Source of the DNA: Candidatus Binatia bacterium
Lineage (GTDB): Bacteria; Desulfobacterota; Binatia; HRBIN30
Reading direction: 5' to 3'
Assembly (NCBI GenBank): GCA_038245295.1
Contig: JBBRSP010000006.1
Coordinates: 64,001-128,000, forward strand
Length of the DNA stretch: 64,000 bases
The notes under the pieces are model-generated. The model was not told the DNA's origin. It worked only from the letters and a program-made list of their open reading frames with translations, and made no database searches. Shown piece by piece: positions 54,407 to 64,000 of the stretch (positions are counted from its first letter, which is position 1; the number at the start of each line of letters is the position of its first letter). The position numbers were made by a program, and so were the translations under genes.

Positions 54407-57400
54407 GTGCAATATTCAATTCTCCGCGCCCGCACAGGGGCGCCCGGAGTGGTCCCGCTGGACCCCCAAGAGCTGATTCGTTCTGAGCTCTTCAGCGTCG
54501 AACGCCTCGATCAACACGCCGAGAGCCTGGCCACCGCGCAGCGCATCACCACGAAATCCGGCGATCATCGGCGCGTTGTCAAGCGGCTACGCGACAACAG
54601 CCGGGTACTCATTGCCGCGTATCGTGCGCTTGCCGCCGCCATCCGCGAGGACCGCGCCATCACACCAGCGGCTGAATGGCTGGTCGATAACTTCCACATC
54701 GCCGAAGAGCAGATCCGCGAGATCCGCGATGATCTTTCGCCGGGCTTCTACCGCCAGCTTCCGAAGCTCGCCGATGGTCCCCTAGCGGGATATCCGCGCG
54801 TCTTCGGGCTCGCGTGGGCGTATGTCGCGCACACCGATAGCCGCTTCGATCCGCAATCCCTTTGCCGTTTCGTACGCGCTTATCAGCGCGTGCAACCACT
54901 GACGATCGGCGAGCTGTGGGCGGTAGCGATCACCCTGCGCATCCTACTCGTCGAGAACTTGCGGCGCTCCGCCGAACGCATCGTCAACAGTCGGGTGGCA
55001 CGCCAGGAAGCCGACGCGCTGGCTGATCGCCTGTTGGGAGTCGACAACCGCCCAGGGGCACCGACACAAACCGTGCTGCGCGCGTTCGAACAAGCACCTC
55101 TACCGACAGCCTTCGCGGTTCAGCTGGTCCAACGCCTACGCGAACAGGATCCGGCCGTGACGCCTACCTTGCATTGGCTCAACGAACGTCTCGCCATCCA
55201 AGGCACCACGGCGGACGAAATCGTCCGCGAGGAGCATCAGCAACAAGGCGCGATGAACGTAACCGTGCGCAATGTCATCACGAGCATGCGCCTCGTGTCG
55301 GAGGTCGATTGGGCCGAGCTCTTCGAAAGCGTCAGCCTCGTCGATGTTGCACTGCGCGCCGAAAGCAACTTCGCGGCAATGGACTTTGCGACACGTGATC
55401 GATACCGCGGCGCCATCGAACGGCTGGCCCGCGGCTCGGCGCACTCCGAGCTCGCGGTCGTGGCGCGGGCCATCGCCGCCACCAAAGTCGCGCCGCACGG
55501 TGACGGCGACGACAACGCTCGAGAGCGCGATCCAGGCTACTACCTGCTCGCCCGCGGCCGCCGCGAATTCGAACGCCAACTGGAATTCCACGTGCCAATG
55601 GCAGACTGGCTGGCTCGCGCCAGCCAATCCGCCGGCATCGTCGGGTACGCGGCGGCAATCGCACTCATCACCGGCATCATCTTGAGTCTCGCCGTGTTCG
55701 GCGCCGCCCACGCCGGCGTCGCCCCGACCATGCTCGTCGTGCTGGCAGTCTTAGCTCTGGTTCCGGCGTCAGACCTTGCCGTCGCCCTGGCCAACCACAG
55801 TGTCACCAACCGCTTCGGCGCAACCGCCCTACCAGGCTTGGCACTGCGCGAGGGAGTACCGGCCGAGTTACGCACGATGATCGTCGTGCCGACGTTACTG
55901 ACCACGGAAACCGCCATCGAGGAGCAGATCGAGCGATTAGAGGTACACTACCTGGCCAACGCCGACGGTGACCTGCGCTTCGCGCTGTTGTCCGACTGGA
56001 CCGACAGCTCGAGCGAACATGCGCCCGGGGATGACGAACTGCTCAGCACCGCCGCTGCCGCCATCGACGTGTTGAATCGACGCCACGGCGGGATGCCGGA
56101 CGGCGACCGATTCCTGCTCCTGCATCGCCGACGCCTCTGGAACGACAGCGAGGGAAAGTGGATCGCCTGGGAACGTAAGCGCGGCAAGCTGCACGAGCTG
56201 AATCGATTGCTGCGCGGTGCGACCGATACGACCTTCCTGCCGATCGGTGGCCAGCCACCGACCGTTCCCGACAGTGTCCGGTACGTGATCACACTCGACG
56301 CGGACACGCGGCTGACACGCGGGTCCGCCAAGCGCCTGGTCGGCAAGATGGCACACCCTCTGAACCGACCGCAGTTCGACGCCAAAGCACATCGCGTCAC
56401 CGACGGGTACGGCGTCCTGCAACCACGCGTCACGCCGACACTGCCGACCGGCCGCGAGGGTTCGGTGTTTCAGCGTGTGTTCTCGGGACCGGGCGGCATG
56501 GACCCATACACCTTTGCCGTCTCGGATGTGTACCAAGACCTTCTCGGTGAGGGTTCGTACACCGGCAAGGGCATCTACGATGTCGACATCTTCGAAGCTG
56601 CCCTCGAAGGCCGGATTCCCGACAACACCCTGCTCAGCCACGACCTGATTGAAGGAGTCTTCGCCCGCGCCGGCCTGGTATCCGACATCGAGGTCGTCGA
56701 GGAATTCCCCTCTCGTTACGATGTTTCTGCGGCGCGCCAACATCGCTGGGCTCGCGGCGACTGGCAATTACTTCCATGGATCGTTGGTCACGGCCGCAAC
56801 AAGAGCAATGACGTGGCCAGCCGCGCCATTCCCTTTGTCGGCCGCTGGAAGATGGCTGACAATCTGCGACGCACTCTGTCGGCGCCTTCGGCGTTCCTGG
56901 CGCTGCTGGCCGGGTGGACCCAACCGCTTGCGGCGGCGGCAACCTGGAGCGCGTGTCTGCTCGCCATGATCGCCCTGCCGGCTTTGCTCCCGGTTCTCGC
57001 CGGGCTAGTGCCACGACGACCAGGCTTCTCCAAGCGAAGCCACTTGCTGGCGGTGGCGGCGGACCTCGTAATGGCGTTGTCGCAGATCGCCTTCGTCGTC
57101 ACCTTGCTCGCCCACCAAGCCTGGCTGATGACCGACGCCATCGGACGCACTCTCTTGCGCCTTTTCGTTACCCGCCGTCACATGCTGGAATGGCTGACGG
57201 CAGCGCAGTCCAAGTTCAGCTTGCCCCTCGACATTGCCGGGTTTTACCAACGCATGGCCGGTGGTGTCGCTCTCGCCATCCTGACTCCGGCTGTCGTCGC
57301 CACGACCGGCCACGGAGCTTGGCTCCTCGTTGCCCCGTTCACGCTCCTATGGTTGTTGGCACCGGTCGTCGCGCAGTGGGGTAGTCGCCCGCCGCCAATT

Positions 57401-60400
57401 GCCGGTCCGACCCCTCTATCCCTCTTCGAGGTGCGCACGCTGCGACACATCGCGCGGCGGACCTGGCGCTACTTCGAGACCTTCGTCACGTCCGACAATA
57501 ACAATCTGCCGCCGGACAACTTCCAAGAGGATCCAAAACCCGTCGTTGCCCATCGTACGTCTCCCACCAACATCGGCCTGTACTTACTTTCGATTGTCGC
57601 AGCCCGTGACTTCGGTTGGCTCGGCGTGGGCGACACCCTCGACCGTCTGGATGCGACGTTGGCAACGATGCAACGGCTCGAGCGCTTTCGTGGCCACTTC
57701 TACAATTGGTACGACACCCATGACCTGCGACCGCTCGACCCGAAATACATCTCGTCGGTCGACAGCGGCAATCTCGCCGGACATCTCATCGCTCTTGCCA
57801 ACGCGTGCCGCGAAATGCTCGCGGCTCCGGTGTTGGGAAGGCAATGGCTGGCGGGAATCGAAGACGGGTTCGAACTGACGCGCGAATCCCTGGTCACTCG
57901 GGACGGTAACCGCCGCACGCAGATTGTGACCGTCAAACAACTCGACGACGCTCTTGCCGCGTTGGCGACGCTCATGCGCCCGGCGTTCGAGACGCCAGGG
58001 GCCGCGGCGGTGCTTTTGGGGGAGTTGGCTCAGCGCGCCGATACCGTTGCCGACATGGTTCGCGCCCTGTCCGACGAACGCAGCGATGGGGCATGCGACG
58101 AAGCCCTGACATGGGCGACGGCAACCTGCGAGTCGATTGCCGGGCATCGGCGTGACCTCAACCGACTCATGCCGTGGGCTCGGCTGACCATCGCCCCCAA
58201 AGGTGCCGGCGACACGTCGCCGGAAGACGCGGTCGCGAGCTGCTTCCTGACCGTGCCGACACTCGCCGAGTTGCCGGAACGATGCGAACACGCCATTCAG
58301 CTGCTGTCGCGGCAGCCAAGGGAAGACATCGAGATCAATACACGTCGTGCCGCCCTGATTGCGGCGCTCGAACACTCGGCCGAAAATGCAGGCGCGATCG
58401 AGCGGCACCTCGTCGGACTCGCAACCGCGGCACAGAATACTTTCGACGCCATGGAGTTTGGCTTCCTGTTCGACTCGACGCGTCAGCTGCTCTCGATTGG
58501 CTACCAGATCGCCGAGGGCCGACTCGATCCGAGCTGTTACGACCTGCTCGCCTCCGAAGCACGCTTGGCGAGCTTCATTGCGATCGCCAAGGGAGACATT
58601 CCGGCGCGCCATTGGTTTCGCTTGGGGCGCTCGTTGACGCCGGTCGACCGCGGCTCGGCCCTCATCTCGTGGTCGGGATCGATGTTCGAGTATTTGATGC
58701 CATCTCTCGTGATGCGCGCCCCTCTCGGAAGCCTTCTCGAGCAAACGAGCCGTCTCATCGTCCGCCGTCAAGTGAAGTACGGAGCAGAGCGCGGCGTGCC
58801 CTGGGGCGTTTCCGAATCGGCCTACAACGCGCGTGATCTCGAACTCACCTACCAATACTCGAATTTCGGCGTCCCCGGCCTCGGGCTCAAACGCGGCCTC
58901 GGCGAGGATGCCGTCATCGCCCCGTACGCGACAGCCCTGGCAGCCATGGTGGATCCGCAAGCCGCGACTGACAACTTCGCGAGCCTGACCGCTGCCGGCG
59001 GCCGCGGCCGCTTTGGATTCTACGAAGCGCTCGACTACACGCCGACACGTGTTCCCGAAGGAACCACCGTCGCGATCGTCCGCGCCCACATGGCCCATCA
59101 CCAAGGCATGGCCTTGGTGGCGATCGGCAACACCCTGCACGACGGCATCATGCGCAATCGCTTTCATGCCGAGCCCATCATCCAGGCCACCGAGTTGCTG
59201 CTGCAAGAACGCACACCGCGTGGCGTCGCCGTGGCGCGCCCACGCGCGGAAGAGGTCAAGGCGGCCGCCGACGTTCGCGAAATCGTCCCGCCCATGCCGC
59301 GACGTTTCCACTCGCCGCACGACCCGATTCCGCGCACCCATCTGCTGTCGAACGGTCGCTACGTCGTCATGCTCACCGCCGCCGGCTCGGGCTACAGTCG
59401 CTGCCGCGACCTCGCGGTAACCCGTTGGCGCGAGGACGCGACGTGTGATGCCTGGGGCAGCTACACGTTCCTGCGCGACGTGCGCACCGGCGAGGTATGG
59501 TCGGCAGGGTATCAACCCAGCGGGGTCGAGCCCGACAGCTACGAAGTAGAGTTCTCCGAGGATCGCGCCGTCATCGTTCGGCGCGACGGAACGATTACGA
59601 CCAGCCTCGAGGTGACGGTTTCTCCCGAAGATGACGCGGAAGTGCGTCGCGTCTCGATCTCCAATTTCGGCAGCCGCGCGAGGGAGATTGATCTGACGTC
59701 TTACGCGGAAGTGGTCTTGGCGCAATCCGCTGCCGATGCTGCCCATCCAGCGTTCTCCAAACTGTTCGTGCAGACCGAGTTCGTAGCCGACGTGGGGGCG
59801 TTGTTGGCGACGCGTCGACGCCGCGCCCCGGACGAATCCGAAGTGTGGGCAGCTCACTTCGCATGCGTCGACGGCGAAAGCGTCGGGGGCGTGCAATTCG
59901 AAACCGATCGCTCACGATTCCTCGGACGCGGACACACGATCCGCAAACCAGTGTCGGTCATGGACGGCCGGCCGCTGTCGGACACCGTCGGCACAGTGCT
60001 CGACCCTATCTTCAGCCTGCGGCGACGGATTCGCCTTGCGCCCGGCGCCACCGCACGAGTCGCCTTCTGGACCGTGATCGCCGCGTCACGCGAGGCCGTG
60101 CTCGATAGCGTTGACCGTCATCTCGACACAACCGCGTTCGAGCGTGTCGGCACCCTCGCCTGGACACAAGCGCAAGTCCAACTGCATCATCTCGGCGTCC
60201 ATCCCGACGAAGCACACCTCTTCCAGCGCCTCGCCAACCGGGTGATCTATTCCGATCCGTCGCTCCGACCGTCACCGGCAGTGCTCGGGCGCAACGATCG
60301 TGGCCAATCGACGCTGTGGTCCCAAGGCATCTCCGGCGACCTGCCCATTGTGCTCATTCGCATCGATGCAGTTGAGGAGTTGGAGATCGTCCGACAGCTG

Positions 60401-63235
60401 CTGCGAGCCCACGAATACTGGCGCATGAAACAGCTCGACGTTGATCTCGTCATCATGAACGAACGCTCGGCATCGTATTCGCAGGATCTCCTGGCGCCGC
60501 TGGAGGCGCTGATTCGTGCCAGCCAGACGCGCGAACGCCTCGACAGCGAAGGAGCGCGCGGCAACGTGTTCCTCGTGCGTGCCGACCTGGTATCGCTCGA
60601 AGTGCGAACTTTGCTGGCGACGGCGGCACGGGCGGTGCTCTACAGTCGGCGTGGCAGCCTCGCCGAACAGGTCAAGCGTCTGCAGGCTTCCGACAAGCCG
60701 GCCCTGGCGAGCCCGGCGCGACCGTTACGGCGCCCGGCTTTCCCCCTCCTCTCAAAGGAAGGCGGCTGGGGACGTTCCGCCGCAGGAGCGTCGGCGCCGG
60801 GGCCAGCCCTCCCCGAGCTCGAGTTCTTCAACGGCCTCGGCGGCTTCAGCACCGACGGCCGCGAATACGTAACCGTTCTCGGCGAGGGGCAATGGACGCC
60901 GGCGCCATGGCTCAACGTCATCGCCAATGCGCAATTCGGCTTCCAAGTCTCAGCCGACGGCAGCGGCTACACGTGGGCGGTGAATAGTCGCGAACATCAA
61001 TTGACGCCGTGGTCGAACGACCCGGTCGCCGACCAGCCGGGCGAAGTGATTTACGTGCGCGACGAGGAAACCGGCGCGCTGTGGACGCCAACCGCGCTGC
61101 CGATTCGTGCGGAGGCCGGAACCTATATCGTTCACCACGGGCAGGGCTACACGCGCTTCGAGCACACTTCGCACGGCATCACGCTCGAACTCCTGCAGTA
61201 TGTCCCACTGGGCGACCCGGTGAAAATCTCACGCCTGACGATCCGCAACACCTCGGGCCGCGCCCGCCGGCTTTCGGTCACGGCATACGCCGAGTGGGTG
61301 CTCGGCACGTCGCGCGGTGCTTCCGCCCCGTTGATCATCACCGAAATCGAGGCGGATACCGGCGCTCTGTTGGCACGTAATCCATGGAGCAACGAGTTCG
61401 GAGGCCGTGTCGCTTTCGTCGACATGAACGGCCGGCAGCGCAGCTGGACCGGTGACCGGACCGAGTTTCTCGGCCGCAACGGCGCAATCGATCACCCGGC
61501 CGCGCTTTCCGGAGACGCCCAACTTTCGCATCGCGTCGGCGGCGGCCTCGACCCGTGCGGCGCACTGCAGGCACCGGTGGAGCTCAAGGCGAACGGCAGC
61601 GCGGAGATTGTCTTCTTCCTTGGCGAGGCGGCGACTCGTACCGACGCCATCGAGTTGATCAAGCGTTACCGCGGCCTCGACCTCGATGTAGTGCTTGGCG
61701 CCGTGCACGCCCACTGGGACGACATCCTCGGCACGGTCCAGGTGAAGACTCCCGACCGTTCCATGGATCTCATGCTCAACCGCTGGCTGCTGTATCAGAC
61801 CCTGAGCTGTCGAGTCGTGGCGCGTTCGGCGTTCTACCAGGCAAGTGGGGCCTATGGCTTCCGCGACCAGACGCAGGACGTGCTGGCCCTGCTCGTCTCG
61901 CAGCCGGGCCTAACACGTGGTCACCTGCTCCGTGCAGCGGGAAGGCAGTTCGCCGAAGGCGACGTGCAGCATTGGTGGTTGCCATCGTCCGGCCAGGGAG
62001 TTCGCACGCGGATCTCCGATGATCACGTGTGGTTGGCATATGCGGTGGCCCACTATGTGGCAGTAACGGGTGATACGGCAGTTCTCGACGAGAGCATCGC
62101 GTTTCTCGAAGGACCGGCGCTACGAGAGGATGAACACGACGCCTACTTCCAACCGATGATCGCCGAAGAACACGCCTCTTTATTCGAACATTGTGCGCGA
62201 GCCCTCGATCGCAGCCTGGCGGTTGGCGTCCACGGTCTGCCGCTGATGGGTACTGGCGACTGGAACGACGGCATGAATCGCGTCGGCGAAGGCGGCCGTG
62301 GCGAAAGCGTTTGGCTGGGATGGTTTCTGCAAGCTACCTTGGTGGCATTCGCACCACTCGCAGACGCCTGCGGCGATGCAACCCGCGCCGCCACCTGGCG
62401 ACAACAGGCGGCCACACTGACCCAATCACTCGAGCGTGAGTCGTGGGACGGTAACTGGTACCGCCGCGGTTACTTCGACGACGGTACCCCTCTGGGATCG
62501 GCTTCGAGCATCGAGTGCCGCATCGATTCGATCGCCCAGTCGTGGGCGGTGATTTCCGGAGCCGGCGACCCGGCGCGCGCCGTCCATGCCATGGCGGCGG
62601 TGGACGAATATCTGGTCCGGCGCGCCGAGGGGCTGGTGCAGCTTTTCAGCCCGCCCTTTGACCACACAACGCTGGAGCCCGGCTACATTAAAGGCTACCC
62701 GCCCGGCATCCGCGAGAACGGCGGCCAATACACCCATGCGGCCACATGGTCAGTCATCGCCTTTGCCATGCTGGGTGATGGCGACAAGGCCGGCGAGCTC
62801 TTCGCCATGCTCAACCCGATCAATCACGCCGCGACGCGCGCCGCATCGAATCGCTACAAGGTCGAACCCTACGTCGTCAGCGCCGACATCTACAGTATGG
62901 CGCCACATGTCGGGCGCGGCGGCTGGACCTGGTACACCGGTGCGGCGGGCTGGATGTATCGCGCCGGACTCGAGTCGATCCTCGGGTTCCGCCTACGCGG
63001 CACGGCACTGATCGTCGATCCCTGTGTGCCCAAAACCTGGCGCGGTTTCGAGTTGACCTTCCACCATGGCTCGACACGCTACGAGATCGCAATCGAGAAC
63101 CCCAACGGCGTCAATCGAGGCGTGGTTGGTGTGCAGGTCGATGGCTCCGCCCTGTCGGCGCCGCCGCAAGGCTACGCGAGCGTGGCTTTGGGCGATGACG
63201 GGCTGACTCACCAAATTCGGATCGTTCTCGGATGA
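54407..63235 (+). CDS. cgs: Cyclic beta-1,2-glucan synthase (Cgs/ChvB/NdvB type; GT84 + cyclisation domain + GH94)
   Basis: 2942 aa; EWLVDNF, WERKRGKL, ITLDADT, SHDLIEG, RQHRWARGDWQ, RTSPTNIG, YDLLASEARL, GDWNDGMN, RENGGQYTH. Confidence 0.95.
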   Translation: MQYSILRARTGAPGVVPLDPQELIRSELFSVERLDQHAESLATAQRITTKSGDHRRVVKRLRDNSRVLIAAYRALAAAIREDRAITPAAEWLVDNFHIAEEQIREIRDDLSPGFYRQLPKLADGPLAGYPRVFGLAWAYVAHTDSRFDPQSLCRFVRAYQRVQPLTIGELWAVAITLRILLVENLRRSAERIVNSRVARQEADALADRLLGVDNRPGAPTQTVLRAFEQAPLPTAFAVQLVQRLREQDPAVTPTLHWLNERLAIQGTTADEIVREEHQQQGAMNVTVRNVITSMRLVSEVDWAELFESVSLVDVALRAESNFAAMDFATRDRYRGAIERLARGSAHSELAVVARAIAATKVAPHGDGDDNARERDPGYYLLARGRREFERQLEFHVPMADWLARASQSAGIVGYAAAIALITGIILSLAVFGAAHAGVAPTMLVVLAVLALVPASDLAVALANHSVTNRFGATALPGLALREGVPAELRTMIVVPTLLTTETAIEEQIERLEVHYLANADGDLRFALLSDWTDSSSEHAPGDDELLSTAAAAIDVLNRRHGGMPDGDRFLLLHRRRLWNDSEGKWIAWERKRGKLHELNRLLRGATDTTFLPIGGQPPTVPDSVRYVITLDADTRLTRGSAKRLVGKMAHPLNRPQFDAKAHRVTDGYGVLQPRVTPTLPTGREGSVFQRVFSGPGGMDPYTFAVSDVYQDLLGEGSYTGKGIYDVDIFEAALEGRIPDNTLLSHDLIEGVFARAGLVSDIEVVEEFPSRYDVSAARQHRWARGDWQLLPWIVGHGRNKSNDVASRAIPFVGRWKMADNLRRTLSAPSAFLALLAGWTQPLAAAATWSACLLAMIALPALLPVLAGLVPRRPGFSKRSHLLAVAADLVMALSQIAFVVTLLAHQAWLMTDAIGRTLLRLFVTRRHMLEWLTAAQSKFSLPLDIAGFYQRMAGGVALAILTPAVVATTGHGAWLLVAPFTLLWLLAPVVAQWGSRPPPIAGPTPLSLFEVRTLRHIARRTWRYFETFVTSDNNNLPPDNFQEDPKPVVAHRTSPTNIGLYLLSIVAARDFGWLGVGDTLDRLDATLATMQRLERFRGHFYNWYDTHDLRPLDPKYISSVDSGNLAGHLIALANACREMLAAPVLGRQWLAGIEDGFELTRESLVTRDGNRRTQIVTVKQLDDALAALATLMRPAFETPGAAAVLLGELAQRADTVADMVRALSDERSDGACDEALTWATATCESIAGHRRDLNRLMPWARLTIAPKGAGDTSPEDAVASCFLTVPTLAELPERCEHAIQLLSRQPREDIEINTRRAALIAALEHSAENAGAIERHLVGLATAAQNTFDAMEFGFLFDSTRQLLSIGYQIAEGRLDPSCYDLLASEARLASFIAIAKGDIPARHWFRLGRSLTPVDRGSALISWSGSMFEYLMPSLVMRAPLGSLLEQTSRLIVRRQVKYGAERGVPWGVSESAYNARDLELTYQYSNFGVPGLGLKRGLGEDAVIAPYATALAAMVDPQAATDNFASLTAAGGRGRFGFYEALDYTPTRVPEGTTVAIVRAHMAHHQGMALVAIGNTLHDGIMRNRFHAEPIIQATELLLQERTPRGVAVARPRAEEVKAAADVREIVPPMPRRFHSPHDPIPRTHLLSNGRYVVMLTAAGSGYSRCRDLAVTRWREDATCDAWGSYTFLRDVRTGEVWSAGYQPSGVEPDSYEVEFSEDRAVIVRRDGTITTSLEVTVSPEDDAEVRRVSISNFGSRAREIDLTSYAEVVLAQSAADAAHPAFSKLFVQTEFVADVGALLATRRRRAPDESEVWAAHFACVDGESVGGVQFETDRSRFLGRGHTIRKPVSVMDGRPLSDTVGTVLDPIFSLRRRIRLAPGATARVAFWTVIAASREAVLDSVDRHLDTTAFERVGTLAWTQAQVQLHHLGVHPDEAHLFQRLANRVIYSDPSLRPSPAVLGRNDRGQSTLWSQGISGDLPIVLIRIDAVEELEIVRQLLRAHEYWRMKQLDVDLVIMNERSASYSQDLLAPLEALIRASQTRERLDSEGARGNVFLVRADLVSLEVRTLLATAARAVLYSRRGSLAEQVKRLQASDKPALASPARPLRRPAFPLLSKEGGWGRSAAGASAPGPALPELEFFNGLGGFSTDGREYVTVLGEGQWTPAPWLNVIANAQFGFQVSADGSGYTWAVNSREHQLTPWSNDPVADQPGEVIYVRDEETGALWTPTALPIRAEAGTYIVHHGQGYTRFEHTSHGITLELLQYVPLGDPVKISRLTIRNTSGRARRLSVTAYAEWVLGTSRGASAPLIITEIEADTGALLARNPWSNEFGGRVAFVDMNGRQRSWTGDRTEFLGRNGAIDHPAALSGDAQLSHRVGGGLDPCGALQAPVELKANGSAEIVFFLGEAATRTDAIELIKRYRGLDLDVVLGAVHAHWDDILGTVQVKTPDRSMDLMLNRWLLYQTLSCRVVARSAFYQASGAYGFRDQTQDVLALLVSQPGLTRGHLLRAAGRQFAEGDVQHWWLPSSGQGVRTRISDDHVWLAYAVAHYVAVTGDTAVLDESIAFLEGPALREDEHDAYFQPMIAEEHASLFEHCARALDRSLAVGVHGLPLMGTGDWNDGMNRVGEGGRGESVWLGWFLQATLVAFAPLADACGDATRAATWRQQAATLTQSLERESWDGNWYRRGYFDDGTPLGSASSIECRIDSIAQSWAVISGAGDPARAVHAMAAVDEYLVRRAEGLVQLFSPPFDHTTLEPGYIKGYPPGIRENGGQYTHAATWSVIAFAMLGDGDKAGELFAMLNPINHAATRAASNRYKVEPYVVSADIYSMAPHVGRGGWTWYTGAAGWMYRAGLESILGFRLRGTALIVDPCVPKTWRGFELTFHHGSTRYEIAIENPNGVNRGVVGVQVDGSALSAPPQGYASVALGDDGLTHQIRIVLG
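60739..60775 (+). repeat. Short palindromic REP-like element inside the cgs coding sequence
   Basis: TTTCCCCCTCCTCTCAAAGGAAGGCGGCTGGGGACGT, translating as FPLLSKEGGWGR in an interdomain linker. Only one copy seen in the window. Confidence 0.5.
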
Positions 63236-63257
63236 TCCAGGCGCCCTTGGCGGCATC

Positions 63258-63299
63258 GCGGCGAGAGGGGACGATTTTCGAACCATCCCCTCTCGTCGC
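63258..63299. terminator. Strong hairpin between convergent cgs and the last gene (possible bidirectional terminator)
   Basis: GCGGCGAGAGGGGA...TCCCCTCTCGTCGC, a 14-bp stem with one G-U pair. No U-tract. Confidence 0.5.
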
Positions 63300-63337
63300 A
63301 CGTCAGGACAGACCTGGGTGAAGACCCTGATGACGGA

Positions 63338-63850
63338 TCAGATGATGTTGCAACGCGGCAATTTGCAGCGATCGCCGTCGTGCAGGACCAGACCAACCTC
63401 GCACGGCTGCGCCGAGGTATCCTCTTCCGTGTCCGTGGTAAGGCCTGAGACGAGCATTTCGTCGCATTCGGGATTGAGTGCGATCACCTCCACGGGCAGA
63501 GGGCACTCACTCTTCAGGCTGACCCGATTGTTCGAGTTGTACTCGAACGTCGACGTCCTCGTGCAATCGATACCGCTAATGGTAATGACCGTGTACGCGT
63601 AGGCCGCGGCGGCCAGCCCACCACACACGACAAGTACAGCCACAGCCTTAGCTGCGGCGGAGATTCGGTTCACTCGCACGATCGCCACGCCGGCCATGAC
63701 GGCGGCAAGGAACAGCAACATCGGGATTCCGAGCGCCGGAGCACCGACGCCAAGCGGAGCCGTCGTCGCCGACGGCACAGCGTAGGCCGCCTGCGCGACA
63801 CCCAGGCCGACAACTACACCCAACAACCGAGACATCCTACGAACTTTCAT
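63338..63850 (-). CDS. Midcut-by-XrtH-like protein (internal IPTL-CTERM-like exosortase signal)
   Basis: Signal peptide, short linker, APALGIPMLLFLAAVMAGVAIVRVNR, second hydrophobic AYA segment, six-Cys C-terminal domain. GGAGGG RBS. Confidence 0.65.
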   Translation of the reverse strand: MKVRRMSRLLGVVVGLGVAQAAYAVPSATTAPLGVGAPALGIPMLLFLAAVMAGVAIVRVNRISAAAKAVAVLVVCGGLAAAAYAYTVITISGIDCTRTSTFEYNSNNRVSLKSECPLPVEVIALNPECDEMLVSGLTTDTEEDTSAQPCEVGLVLHDGDRCKLPRCNII

Positions 63851-64000
63851 CACACCCTCCTGTATCCAGCGATTTGCGGACACCCGGACCACAACCCAGG
63901 AACCGGCTCCCCACAAGACGGCACCCTTCTGCCGAATTTGAGAATGGGGCGTCAACCGAAAGTATGCGACAGGGGCCCGGCATCGCGGCCCGCAACTTGC

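Noticed and set aside
57584..59896. 770-aa antisense ORF inside cgs
   Set aside because: Shadow frame with no independent motifs.
1..64000. CRISPR arrays, tRNA/rRNA genes, IS elements, integrases, prophage, known defence systems
   Set aside because: No regularly spaced direct repeats, RNA gene signatures or such protein motifs were seen by eye; short or divergent elements could have been missed.

Overview
A GC-rich bacterial chromosomal window with about 47 protein-coding genes. I found no rRNA, tRNA, CRISPR array, transposase or prophage. The cysteine-braced dockerin-like domains, the DUF1329/RND locus and the STAND cyclase suggest a diderm of the Binatia/deltaproteobacterial type, but this is inference. 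Housekeeping blocks: pilMNOP plus the 5' end of a probable pilQ; chdC/hemQ, rlmD, ggt, kup, an RpoD-like sigma factor, ribB fused to a degenerate GTP cyclohydrolase II (RibBX), a stand-alone PTS EIIA before sucA-sucB-lpdA, pgi-ackA-xfp, and a 2942-aa cyclic beta-1,2-glucan synthase. Accessory blocks worth attention: (i) a GMC dehydrogenase, small subunit, cytochrome c and a secreted beta-propeller/di-heme protein; (ii) one dockerin-like tag found at opposite ends of two unrelated secreted enzymes; (iii) TetR-AurF diiron oxygenase-nitroreductase with two matching operators; (iv) a YCF48-MMPL/RND-DUF1329-crotonase operon; (v) a membrane Ser/Thr pseudokinase next to an orphan histidine kinase; (vi) several small proteins, two of them below the ORF-track cutoff, and two candidate structured RNAs; (vii) a short palindromic element inserted in-frame in the glucan synthase; (viii) a midcut-by-XrtH-like protein. 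All family calls come from recognising motifs by eye; no database searches or folding programs were run.
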